Notes: a model not told the origin generated them from the sequence alone. A DNA stretch of 64,000 bases from Eledone cirrhosa (GCA_964016885.1 CAXHJY010000370.1:13710-77709), one strand, 5' to 3'. Counted from the stretch's first letter, positions 33,850 through 47,072 are shown. Program-made: numbers and translations.

Positions 33850-34768
33850 TTATATATTGTTATACTTGGGGAGGGTCATATTTGTGTAATATTGTCAGAA
33901 TTAATAACAGAACACACTGTTTGGTTGGTTTTCGCTTTTCGCTTCTGTGTCTTTTATATGGGTAATTTATTCGGTCCTCAATGTTGCCATTGACTGACCA
34001 ACGGTCAAAAATACAGATGGAATATAGACACAAACACATATATATAGTTTATCAAAGTTCTTTCGTTGCACATCTGCAACATCGTCAGTGGTGCTATTGT
34101 TTCCTCCCGTTGCATTGCATTTTCTACGCCATCTTTATTTAGTCTGTTTATATATTTATTTATTTGTTTATTTTATTTTGTCTTCTTTGCGCATGCGTTT
34201 GCGTGTGTGTATAGTGTTTTGTTTGATGTGTGTTCGTGATTGGGTGACTGTGTATTGGTTAATGTATTCTATCTTTACTAGTGTGTGTTTATATGTGTTT
34301 GTTGTTATTGTGCTTGTGTATGTATTTATTTATTTACTTATCTATTTATTTATTTATACTTCTCTTAGGTCAGTGTTGTTTGTTTGGGTGTTGTTGTTAT
34401 TCCATTCATTTTTTCTGTTTAACCTTGGCCTTCTAAGTTCTATTTCACTGGCCTCTCTGATTTGCCTATCTGCTGGGTCATTTCTATGTTTAGATATTAT
34501 TCTAATTTCTATGTTGTCATGTTGTTGTCTAGCATGTTCGTATAGTACTGAACCGTTTTTTCGTCCTTTTAGTTCCCCCCAGTGTTGGTCTATCCTTTCA
34601 CCTATGCTACGAGCTGTCTCACCTATGTATGTTGTTGTCATGTTTCTGCAAGTACCCTTTGTACATCTTATGCTATAGACTACGTTTCTAGTTTTACAGT
34701 TTATCCGGGGGTTTACTTTACATATGATACATTTCCTATTAGTACAGTAGGTTTTCTTAAAAGGGTAG
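33850..34768 (-). mobile_element. Penelope-like element 3' end (Cys linker, GIY-YIG endonuclease, 3' UTR/pLTR)
   Basis: CTNRKCIICK..NCKTRNVVYSIRC..YIGETARSIGERIDQH..EASEIELRRPRLNRKNEW. Confidence 0.9.
34050..34093 (-). ncRNA. Hammerhead ribozyme in PLE 3' region (family D)
   Basis: CA-CTGACGA-T-GTTGCA GATG TGCAAC-GAAA-GAACTT|TG. Confidence 0.7.
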
Positions 34769-34820
34769 AGCATCAACATATGTCAACCTCGGTCTCCATA
34801 TATATATACCCACACACACA

Positions 34821-34886
<66 letters not shown>

Positions 34887-34925
34887 TTTATATATATATA
34901 TATATATATATACACGCACACACAC

Positions 34926-34960
<35 letters not shown>

Positions 34961-35487
34961 AAAATAGAACGGGAACAAAACAGAGGCAGTACGAACAAAG
35001 GTTTATTAGTTTCACGCTCTTGAGAGTGTGTGTGTGTGGTGGTGGTGGTGGTGGTGGTGGGGGGGGGGTATATATATATATATATACACACACACGCACA
35101 CATATTTATATATATATATATATACGCACATTATATATATGTACACATACATACACACACACACACATATATATATATGTATATATATATATAATAATTG
35201 GTGTTGGATGCTTAAAGCGGCCGTATGCGGTAGGCCGTATGAGCACTCGATGCTCTCATAGAGCAGAGTATGATATCACAGAAAAAAGAGAATCAGTGTT
35301 GCGGCGAATGGAATTTATTGGACATATTTCAATCGTTTCTCGGGCGATCAGTTCGAGGCACGAACCTGACTTTATTGGACATATTTCAATCGTTTCTCGG
35401 GCGATCAGTTCGAGGCACGAACCTGACTCCGAAAATCGCAAGGTCCTCAGATACGTCTTGATAGGAAAATCTGCTTCGTAGAATCAA

Positions 35488-35583
35488 GGCGTATCTGAGG
35501 ACCTTGCGATTTTCAGAGTCAGGCTCGATCATCACATCGATCGTGCCTCGAGCTGGTCGCCAGAGAAACGATTGTAATATGCC
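35488..35583 (+). ncRNA. Hammerhead ribozyme with extended stem II (family E)
   Basis: GGCGTAT-CTGAGGA-~63 nt stem II-GAAA-CGATTGTA|ATATGCC. Confidence 0.7.
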
Positions 35584-35728
35584 CAAAAATTCCATTCGTC
35601 GCAACACTGATTCTCTTTTTTTCTGTGATATATATAGTCAGTCGATCGACTTTCGTCAAATCGGACCGAGGAGACAATGTTTCCATGGGCCTTTCCAATT
35701 GCTGTTACTCTGTATCGGTCGCAACTCC

Positions 35729-35772
<44 letters not shown>

Positions 35773-36869
35773 ATATACATATATATATATATATACACAT
35801 TATATATATACACATTATATATATGCACACATACAGACACTTATATATATATGGTTTTCACTGAATAATCTCTTAGCAGGGGTGTCAGCCGTTCAGTATG
35901 TGGTCGTTTGGAACTGGGGTTGGTAGGGTGGGGTCTCCAGTAGAAAAGGTCACAGCAGGTGCTCGAACACCACACACCATGGCCCCTTCCCTCCACCTAC
36001 ACATTCTACTGCTCCTTAACACATTAACCCGCATCCCTGCTCCCCCCCCCACGCTACCCTCACGATGGTGTTAGTTACCACTGTGCTCCCACCGCACTGC
36101 CCGTAACCCATTATCCCCCCTCCACCCTCACCTTTAATTTTACTACCCCTCCACCTCACACATGCTGGAGTTAGTTACCAATACCCCCTCCTTCCTTCCC
36201 CCACCCCCACCCCACAGTTCACATTTACCGAAATTTTATCTCCTTTCCATCTCCACATCATCAGTTCTGTCTTCACACAAACATACATACACACACACAT
36301 ATATATATATATATATACATACATACACACACATATATATATACATACTCATACACATACATATATATATATATACACACACATATATATATACATATAC
36401 ACACACATATATAGATACACATATACACATATACATTATATATATATATATATATATATATACATACGTACATATACATACAAATACATAAATACGTATA
36501 TACATACAAACCTCAAACTTACACATACTCACACAAACACACACATTTACTAATAGTCATACACACACACAAACACACACATTTATTAATAGTCATACGC
36601 ATAGACATACACACACACACATGTGTGTGTGTGTGTCTACCCACAAGCATGTAAATGTAGATGTGGTCAAATGGTTAAGAAGTTCGCTTGGCAGTCCCAA
36701 GGTTCAGAGTTCAAATCCACCGTACGTCATCTTGTATAAGTGTCTTTAATCACAGCCTCATAACACCGTAGAGTGTGTCTTCTAAAGTTCATTGCACAAA
36801 CATAGTTTTAGGTTCAGTGCAACAATCCATACAGTGTTAAACTGTTAATTCCTTGAACAGTGATTTTAT

Positions 36870-37088
36870 AATGGTTTCTTATATAGGCATAAGGCCAGCA
36901 ATTTTTTGGGGAGGGGAAGTCGATTAAATCGACCTCAGTGCGTGACTGGTACTTTATTTTATCGACTCCGTAAGGATGAAAGGCAAAGTTAACCTCGGCG
37001 GGATTTGAACTCAGATCATAAAGGACCGTAATTCTATGCTGCAAAGCATAGCGTCCCACCCTCTACCGATACTGCCAATCCACCACCC
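36870..37088 (-). mobile_element. S1 SINE, full length
   Basis: Reverse complement of 48410-48597. Confidence 0.85.
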
Positions 37089-37149
37089 TGAACAGTGTTT
37101 TGATAATGCCAAGACAAACAACAGCAAGTGAAGATTGAACAACGAAGAC

Positions 37150-37545
37150 ACTAGTGTCTGACGTCGTTTGTAGTCAGATCATTGTTTGCTTTGATCGTGG
37201 ATCAGTGACATTTTGATCGTGGATCAGTGACATTCATGTATACACGAGTGTCTGACGACGTTCGTAGTAAGCTCACTGTTTGTTTTGATCGTGGATCAGA
37301 GACATTTTGATCATGGATCAGTGACATTTTGATCGTGGATCAGTGACATTTTGATCGTAAATCAGTGACATTCATGTATACACGAGTGTCTGACGTCGTT
37401 CGTAGTCAGCTCACTGTTTGTTTTGATCGTGGATCAGTGACATTTTGAACGTGGATCAGTGACATTCATGTATACATGAGTGTCTGACGTCGTTCTAAAT
37501 CAGCTCAGTTTGTTTTGAGCGTGGATCAGTGACATTCGTGTATTT
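37150..37545. repeat. Hierarchical minisatellite (22-bp TTTTGATCGTGGATCAGTGACA nested in a longer unit)
   Basis: Direct copies separated by a recurring ~50-bp block. Confidence 0.9.
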
Positions 37546-37709
37546 ACATACGAACCAAAAAACTGGAAAATATTACCATTACATGAGAGGATTTTTGCCT
37601 CATTACTGGACTGATATAAATCTGATAATTAATTAGCCGTAACACTATGCTGCAAAGCATGGCGTTGATCCTCAACGAGTTCTGCCAGTCCACCGTATTT
37701 GCTTTTAAT

Positions 37710-38048
37710 AATGGTCTCTGATTTAGACATAAGGCCAACAATTTTTTGAGGAGGGTAAAGTCGATTAAGTCGACCCCAGTGCGTCACTGGTACTTTATTT
37801 TATCGACCCCGTAAGGATGAAAGACGAAGCTAACATTAGCGTGATTTAATAATAATAATTGTTACTACTTTTGGCACAAGGCCAGTAATTACCTCAGTGT
37901 ATTACTGGTACTTTCTTTTATCAACCCCGTAAGGATGAAAGGTAAAGTTAACCTAAGCGGGATTTGAACTCAGACCATAAAGAGCCGTAACTCTTTGCTG
38001 CAAAGCATGGCGTCCGACCCTCTCCCGATACTGCCAATCCACCGCCCT
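37710..38048 (-). mobile_element. Two S1 SINE copies
   Basis: Central domain seen twice. Head at 37960-38048. Confidence 0.8.
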
Positions 38049-38475
38049 TGTGATTTAATAATAATAATGGTCTCTGGTTTAGGCATGTGATGTGTAACGG
38101 CGGCTGCAACATGACGCCGTACTATATTCTTACTACGGACGGGTTATATTCTTCGCTCAACGCTTACTTGTTGCACCCGGCCCTGACCTATTCGAATGCC
38201 TATTGTGGTTGATGCACGTTGAATGAATTTGGTGCACCAGACGACTGCACATTACAGCAATACGTCTGGTGTCGTCTGTCAACAATGAAATAATAAAGAA
38301 GCGCGTCGGCGCGCAACTACACACACACTCACTCTTACACTGTCATTCATATCAATACACATACACATATTTACGTTTTCAGGGAAAAAACATACGCAAG
38401 CACAGACATATTCAACAAATAAAGAAGCATACATATACACATATACACACACACACATATATAAATGTATTTTCC

Positions 38476-38516
<41 letters not shown>

Positions 38517-38624
38517 CTTTATATGTATATATATATGAGCATGTATATATATATATGTGTATGTATATAATACATACATACAGACACACAAAATGGTACA
38601 CGTAGATACACATACAGATAGATA

Positions 38625-38928
38625 CGAGGGTAATCCCAAAAGAAAGGTCTCCAAAGCGATGGGGACACAGAGAAACTGTTCGTACGTCTGTTGGCAACAC
38701 TGTTGTGATTGGTGCTTCCTTCACTCCCAAACAAGCATGCGCGCGCTTCGCTGGGATGCTCAATCTTGGCTCGGCAGCCGTTGAGAATGGAGCTCCCATT
38801 AAAGATCGGCGGATCACTCTGGATGCGCTCTGCATTTTGGTTCCTGAGGTTTGTCGAAGCACCATCCACAGGATTTTAACGGAAAAGTTGCAATATTGGA
38901 AGGAGACCTTACTTTTGGGATTGCCCTC

Positions 38929-38929
<1 letters not shown>
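38625..38929 (+). mobile_element. Internally deleted mariner element (~305 bp)
   Basis: TIRs CGAGGGTAATCCCAAAAGAAAGGTCTCC / GGAGACCTTACTTTTGGGATTGCCCTCG. Transposase HTH remnant DRRITLDAL..VCRSTIHRILTEKLQY. Confidence 0.85.
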
Positions 38930-38968
<39 letters not shown>

Positions 38969-39476
38969 TAATAAACATATATACAAACATACATATACAT
39001 ATATTCATACATATATAAAATCAAACTTAAGAGAAATAGTGAACACACATGCATTTATAGATACATATATACATACATATATAAAATCAAACTTAGAAGA
39101 AAGATTGAACATACATGCATATATAGATAGATATATACATACATATATAGATATATACATACATATATGATTTGGTAGATCTAGTCTACCAAATAATAAT
39201 AATATAAAATTAAATCAAATTGTTTAGAACTACAAGTGAAGTCATTCTTTTCTTTTTTTTAAATTACCTAACTGTACCAAGGATTCCACACATTTTCCAA
39301 TATATATATATATATATTCGATATGTCTCATATGAAATAATACAACCAATTTTCCACACAACACATTTAGTTAGCACCCCGAACGTTTAATTAGGAATAT
39401 ACTCACTTATTTCCTAATGTTTGTTGAGTGAGTTGGAATTTGGCCGGAGTATCGCTTAAAGCTTTCTCCGATGATG

Positions 39477-39560
<84 letters not shown>

Positions 39561-39639
39561 AAAGTTTTATTTATTCCTACATAATGGTCGCTCATATTTA
39601 TGGTACGTCAAAATTATTTATAAAACTGTTTATATATTG

Positions 39640-39705
39640 TATTTTATCTGACGAAGGCATGCCATATTTTTAATATGGTATCCCCGAAATATGTATAATG
39701 AAATA
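39640..39705 (+). ncRNA. Hammerhead ribozyme (family B)
   Basis: TATTTTAT-CTGACGA-(ATGCCATATT/AATATGGTAT)-GAAATATGTATA|ATGAAATA. Confidence 0.75.
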
Positions 39706-40099
39706 AATATGGTTTTATAAATATAGTTTCCATTTGTTTAATATCGTATATATATATATAATAAACAACATAAGATAATTATTTCATTTACCAGTGGTAT
39801 CTTGAAGACTGGTATTTATGTCTGTCTTTATTCATCAGAAAGAATAATATGATTTCATATTATTCTTTCTGATGAATGAAGACAGACATAAATATCAGTC
39901 TTAAAGATACCACTGGTAAAAGCTCTCTATATACTTACAATTATTAAATTAAAACAGATTAAAGTTTAAGCAAAGAATCGTTGCTTTCACCTTTAACGGG
40001 ATCTTCTGAAACTCTTAAGAAATATTTGCTCTATGGTTTTTATCCTTATCCAGCCCTCTTTGGATTTTAGTCTTCACATTTATTATTATTACTATATAC

Positions 40100-40293
40100 T
40101 TATAATTGTTTTTACTTTTGGCACAAGAGCAGCAACTACCCAGTGCATTACTGGTACTTTATTTTATCTACCCAGTAAGGATGAAAGGCAAAGTTAACCT
40201 CGGCGGTATTTGAACTCAGAATGGCAAGGACCGTAACTCTATGCGTCAAAGCATGGCGTCCAACCCTCTACCGATACTGCCAATCCACCGCCC
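40100..40293 (-). mobile_element. S1 SINE, full length
   Basis: Reverse complement of 48410-48597. Confidence 0.85.
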
Positions 40294-40411
40294 TTTTATA
40301 CTTATAATATATATATAAGTGTAGACCAGTCCGAGCTGAGGAGACGCTAAGTTGAAACTGTTGTGTTTCCACTTCTACCATGGACTGACTGCTCTGCCAC
40401 TATGGTTATTA

Positions 40412-40494
<83 letters not shown>

Positions 40495-40511
40495 TATATA
40501 TATATATAATG

Positions 40512-40570
<59 letters not shown>

Positions 40571-40582
40571 AATGTATATATA

Positions 40583-40625
<43 letters not shown>

Positions 40626-40644
40626 AATGTATATATATATATAT

Positions 40645-40681
<37 letters not shown>

Positions 40682-40689
40682 ATATTTTC

Positions 40690-40721
<32 letters not shown>

Positions 40722-40726
40722 ATATA

Positions 40727-41362
40727 TAGTACAGCGTTCCTTTGTCAGGGTTGAACAAACGGGCAACGATGGTTGCTGGACACTACGGCTTAATACGGGA
40801 TGTTTGTTTACAAACACACCGAGCATTATAATAAATGTTCGGTGAATCTATACGTACATATATATATGTGTGCATGTGTGTATATATATTTACATACTAC
40901 TGTACGTCTGTATACATATATGTATGTACGTGTACATACTTATATTTAAGTAACAGCCGTACTAAGAGTGGGAAATGAAATTTCGTTTCATTTATTCCGT
41001 TTATCGTTTTCGGTGCACCCGGCCGAATAACCCACTCGATATGCAAATTGGGCTACTCAGCCGTTAATATGCATAAGGTAAGTATATACGTTCAACAATC
41101 TGGCAGGAAGGTATACGTTGCTGACGATAGCTAACAAGCTTGAAACTAGTACAGCGTTCCTTTGTCAGTGTTGAACAAACGAGCAACGGTGGTTGCTAGA
41201 CACTACGACTTAATACGGGATGTTTGTTTACAAACACAGCGAGAATTATAATAAATGTTCGGTGAATCCATACGTGCATATATATATGTGTGCATGTATG
41301 TATATATATATACTTACTACTGTACGTCGGTATACATATATGTATGTACGTGTACATACTGA
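40727..41362 (+). mobile_element. 420-bp tandem unit (~1.5 copies), retrozyme-like
   Basis: TAGTACAGCGTTCCTTTGTCAG at 40727 and 41147, with an HHR at the unit junction. Confidence 0.75.
41116..41156 (+). ncRNA. Minimal hammerhead ribozyme (family F)
   Basis: CGTTG-CTGACGA-T-AGCT AACA AGCT-T-GAAA-CTAGTA|CAGCG. Palindromic ACTAGT stem III. Confidence 0.8.
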
Positions 41363-41632
41363 TATATATATATTTATAGATATATATATATTTATAGATA
41401 TATATATATTTATATATATATATATTTATATATATATATATTTATATATATATATATTTATATATATATATTTATATATATATATATTTATATATATATA
41501 TATTTATATATATATATATTTATATATATATATTTATATATATATATTTATATATATATATTTATATATATATATTTATATATATATATTTATATATATA
41601 TTTATATATATATATATTTATATATATATATT

Positions 41633-41667
<35 letters not shown>

Positions 41668-41668
41668 T

Positions 41669-41707
<39 letters not shown>

Positions 41708-41710
41708 ATT

Positions 41711-41768
<58 letters not shown>

Positions 41769-42042
41769 GTCATGCTGATAGGAAATACTATTTCCCGTAG
41801 GCATGACTTGGCAAGCTATTTAGAACACTGGTTTAACGGCTTTACTTCCCTCCGAACAAGAGATATTATCTCGAAAATTAAGGACACTTAAATAAATCTA
41901 AGGTAAAAGACTAATTGTCAACAATATCTTTTGCATTTGCATTCTTTATTCTATGTCCATACCTGCATTGTTTTGGCTTTATTATACATATACAAACGTT
42001 TATACCTCATTACACAATGCTTCAAGTGAACTCTAACTTCCT

Positions 42043-42091
<49 letters not shown>

Positions 42092-42770
42092 ATATATATA
42101 TATGTAATATATACACACACACACACATATATATATATAATATATATATATGTAATATATATGCATATAATATATAAATATATATATAATATATAAATAT
42201 ACATATAATATATATATACATACAATATATATATACATATAATATATATATATAGAGAGAGAGTGTGGGGGGTAAAGAGAAGGTAAAAGAAGTAGAGGAA
42301 GACGAGAGAGAGAGGCAGAGTGAGAAAGAGAAATTGGGGTGGGGTGGGGGAGATGAGAGGAGATCTAGAAATGTTCTGAAAGTAGAGACAATATTTAAAC
42401 AAATATCAATGCTGACCTAACATATCTTTGGGGTTAATCATGGCGTTTAAACCTGTTGACTTTCTCTATTTTCCACTGTACAACTGCTACATAAGCGACC
42501 TTATAAGTGGCGAGTGATATACAGTGAAAGCAGACGACATGTTTTGGGCATTATATTTTTTGTTTCGGTTGTTTCTTTTTTTATTTTATTTTATTTTTTT
42601 GGTTACTCGGGAAGGTTATTCACTCACATTACACACTTAAACTAACAGCCGTCACTAGCAATTGAGTATGACTTCGATAGTTATGAAAAAAATATGGTTT
42701 CGATAAGGGTGTAAGATGGCCGACGCAGTTAGTTTTGCGAGCAAGACACAGACGCCGACACACATACACA

Positions 42771-42827
<57 letters not shown>

Positions 42828-43244
42828 GTTGCTGTCTCGGGTTGTGGTTGATCGCTTGATTAAGATCAGAGATCAGTTTCCAGAGCCTACCACAGAGGTC
42901 ATCAAGAAGAAGAAGAGAAGAAGAAGAAAAGAAAAAGAATCCCCTCTTAGCTCTCTCTTGATCCAGCGGAACATCCAGGGTGTTGACAGCTGCGTGTGTC
43001 AGAGAAAAAGAGAGGGGGGGGGGGGGGGAGAGACAGAGAGAGGGAGGGGGGGGGGGAGAAAGTATGGAAGTCAAAGCGAAAGTGAATCTCGGCAGAATTT
43101 GAACTCAGAACGCCAGACACGAGAAACAAACATGCCTCGTTCTCACAATTCTGAAACACCAACCACCTTACTCATATACATACATACACTTATATATACA
43201 CATTCACTCACACACACACACACACACACTCACACACACATATA

Positions 43245-43600
43245 TCATCACCATCTGGTTGAGCTTGCTCGGACATTCATGAGTCCAATACGCCATCTAT
43301 CACGATCAAGCATAAGTATTGGGAGGTCATAAGAAAAGCATCCCGAGTCTCTCTATATGGTTGGTCAATGGAAGTTAAAGCTGGTCATCCAACCTTCCTC
43401 TGACCACAGCTAGGTCCCCAAAGCAAAAGATCACTAACAAGATCTTGCTTAGCTCACAAGCAATGTCCTGCAAATCACATCCCTCGTTCCTGCAATATTA
43501 CAGATATATCAGAGATAGGACCATAGAGAAGTTCTTTAGTAGGATGTTGTATCTATAAGATATTAAGTACAGCCCTCAGTATCCGTGTATAAGTTCCACC
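43245..43600 (-). mobile_element. Degraded RTE LINE 3' end
   Basis: GTYTRILRAVLNI..QHPTKELLYG..FAGHC..DLVSDLLLWGP..MLDRDRWR. Confidence 0.8.
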
Positions 43601-43813
43601 CAAATCGAATATTGGTATTAATATTCGAAAAACTCAGATTATATTTATTATATCATCATCCACTTTTCTAAAAAAACCAGATCATACACAAAACGCCAGC
43701 ACTAACAGTTTTCCAAGAGATGTCAACATGAATGGATCTGTTATTTTTATCTAAAGACATTTTTTCCTATTCCAACCCGCCAGTGCCTTCAATCTATATT
43801 ATTTCTCATTCTT

Positions 43814-43849
43814 TCTTCTGATGAAGGACTAGCGTCCGAAACGTTAAGA
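43814..43849 (+). ncRNA. Minimal hammerhead ribozyme (family G)
   Basis: TCTT-CTGATGA-A-GGAC TAGC GTCC-GAAA-CGTT|AAGA. Confidence 0.8.
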
Positions 43850-43934
43850 CCCTCTTCCTGCTATATCAAGCGTTAACCTAATATATCCCTTCCATATACT
43901 GTACCGATTGTGTTCTTATTTATGTTTACCTTTT

Positions 43935-44019
<85 letters not shown>

Positions 44020-44215
44020 TTTATTTAGGTTTGTTGGTTCACCACTGGACAGAACTGGTCATTCCGTATGGTCAACCTCGATGTAATATTATGGAGAGCA
44101 CTCAACGTAATGCAACTCACCCGTCTTCGTTTGTGTAGTTGGGGGTGCGAGTACGGAGTTAATTATTATAAAATAACAGGAGGCTGGACTGGTGTAAATC
44201 CTTGAAAGGTTTATT

Positions 44216-44273
44216 ATACTATGATCATTTCAATGACCGGGTTCAGTATGAATCCGGTGACATCATCAGGTAT
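44216..44273 (-). ncRNA. Hammerhead ribozyme (family H)
   Basis: ATAC-CTGATGA-(ACCGGATTC/GAACCCGGT)-GAAA-TGATCATA|GTAT. Palindromic ATGATCAT stem III. Confidence 0.75.
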
Positions 44274-44424
44274 TCGAAATATAACAAGGGAATATAATAG
44301 ACAAAATCCATGGGTCTGAAAATCAGAGACAGGAGGGCGGCCAAACATTTAGCAGCTTCTACCCTGGTCAGCCGCCCTCAATTATAATTAATATATATAT
44401 ATATATATATACTGTATATATATA

Positions 44425-44501
<77 letters not shown>

Positions 44502-44541
44502 TTCAAATATTAACAAAATAGATATTCTTGTGATCAATTAA

Positions 44542-44606
44542 ATTTTATTATACACATTTCAGAGGTACTGAATCAAGTTCAACAGTACGTCCTCATCAGA
44601 TAAAAT
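44542..44606 (-). ncRNA. Hammerhead ribozyme (family A, inverted copy)
   Basis: Reverse complement of the 44676-44740 motif. Confidence 0.75.
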
Positions 44607-44675
44607 AAAATGATACATGACATACCCTGACATGTTAGATGGTTAAGATTTAATCAAGGTAGTTTATTTTATTTT

Positions 44676-44740
44676 ATTTTATCTGATGAGGACGTACTAT
44701 TGAACTGAACTCAGTACCTCTGAAATATGTATAATAAAAT
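44676..44740 (+). ncRNA. Hammerhead ribozyme (family A)
   Basis: ATTTTAT-CTGATGA-...-GAAATATGTATA|ATAAAAT. Confidence 0.75.
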
Positions 44741-44877
44741 TTAATTGATCACAAGAACATCTATTTTGTTAATATTTGAATAAATATTAATAACTCTGGA
44801 AAATATCTTTCTGTAGAGTGCTTTCAATCTACTGTAAAACACATTCTTTGATCTACTCATTGAATCTTGTTTAACTC

Positions 44878-44912
<35 letters not shown>

Positions 44913-44932
44913 CATACATATATATATATATG

Positions 44933-44971
<39 letters not shown>

Positions 44972-45011
44972 TACATACATATACATACATATATATATAT
45001 GTATATGTATG

Positions 45012-45096
<85 letters not shown>

Positions 45097-45137
45097 GAGT
45101 TAAACAAGATTCAATGAGTAGATCAAAGAATGATTTT

Positions 45138-45176
<39 letters not shown>

Positions 45177-45603
45177 AGTATAGTGATGTGTAGAGGAATT
45201 TCAGTCAAGAAAATGTGGATGTCTGAACTGTAACGGTTTAGGGGGAGTTTGCTTACAACATGACTGGATAAAAAGTGTATATATGTAAGTTTGTGAGTGT
45301 GTGATTGTGGGTGGTTGTGCGTGGAGATGAATGTGTATGCATGAGTGTTGTATGTATGTATGTATGTTTGTGTGAATATATGATTGTGAGTTGTGTCTAC
45401 AGGCTCGTGTACGTTCTGTGTATTTGTGCGCGCGCGTGTCTCTGTGTGTGTGTGTGTGTGTTGTGCACTTCAAATAAAAACAGTGGTAAGTATTGTTACA
45501 AGATGTTTTGGTCAGAGGTCACATGATATAATGAACTACAGACACTATATATGATACATACATAAGAATCATATATATATATATATATGAAATATATATA
45601 TAT

Positions 45604-45636
<33 letters not shown>

Positions 45637-45660
45637 TTCATATATATTTCATATATATAT

Positions 45661-45695
<35 letters not shown>

Positions 45696-45719
45696 TTCAT
45701 ATATATTTCATATATATAT

Positions 45720-45758
<39 letters not shown>

Positions 45759-45780
45759 CATATATATTTCATATATATAT

Positions 45781-45815
<35 letters not shown>

Positions 45816-45822
45816 TTCATAT

Positions 45823-45896
<74 letters not shown>

Positions 45897-45910
45897 ATAT
45901 ATATATATAT

Positions 45911-45954
<44 letters not shown>

Positions 45955-45971
45955 ATATATATATATATATG

Positions 45972-46021
<50 letters not shown>

Positions 46022-46128
46022 AATATATATATATGAAATATATATACATATATATATATATATGAAATATATATATGAAATATATATATATATGAAATAT
46101 ATATATATATGAAATATATATATATATG

Positions 46129-46184
<56 letters not shown>

Positions 46185-46201
46185 AAATATATATATATGA
46201 A

Positions 46202-46236
<35 letters not shown>

Positions 46237-46261
46237 ATATATATATATATAAACTTAGAAT

Positions 46262-46298
<37 letters not shown>

Positions 46299-46395
46299 GC
46301 ACATATAGTTCAGATACATACACTCAAAAATTTACAAACTCATACACACACATATATATACATATATATACACACACATATATATATATATATAT

Positions 46396-46456
<61 letters not shown>

Positions 46457-46677
46457 CATATACACATATATATATACATATATACATATACACATATATA
46501 TATACATATATATATATATACACATATATATATATATATACGCATATATATATACACATATATATATACATATATATATATACACATATATATAAATATA
46601 TATATATATACATATATATATATACATATATACATATATATATATACATATATATACACACATATATATATATACAC

Positions 46678-46708
<31 letters not shown>

Positions 46709-47072
46709 TATATATATACATATATATATATGGTTGTGTATGTTTGAATATAAATGTACACAAAAAGGTGAGGATCGGGGTGAGTAGAGGGAGAGAGAGG
46801 CGAGCGTAGCTATGAGAATGAGGGAGAGGGAAGGAGGTGTGGGGTGGTGGTGGTGGTGGTGGTGGGGGGGGGGGGCTATTTGGTATTTGGGGAATCGGGA
46901 GTACTTGAAACAATGTGGTTCTCCAAGAACGTCGAACTGACAACACAACAGAAAACAAAACCGGAGAATGTCACAATATCGACCAATCAAATTGCAGCAT
47001 GTGTTTTAGACATAGCATTGGTACAAGTGACACCATCAACGAAACTACCATCCCCACCACCACCACCACCAT

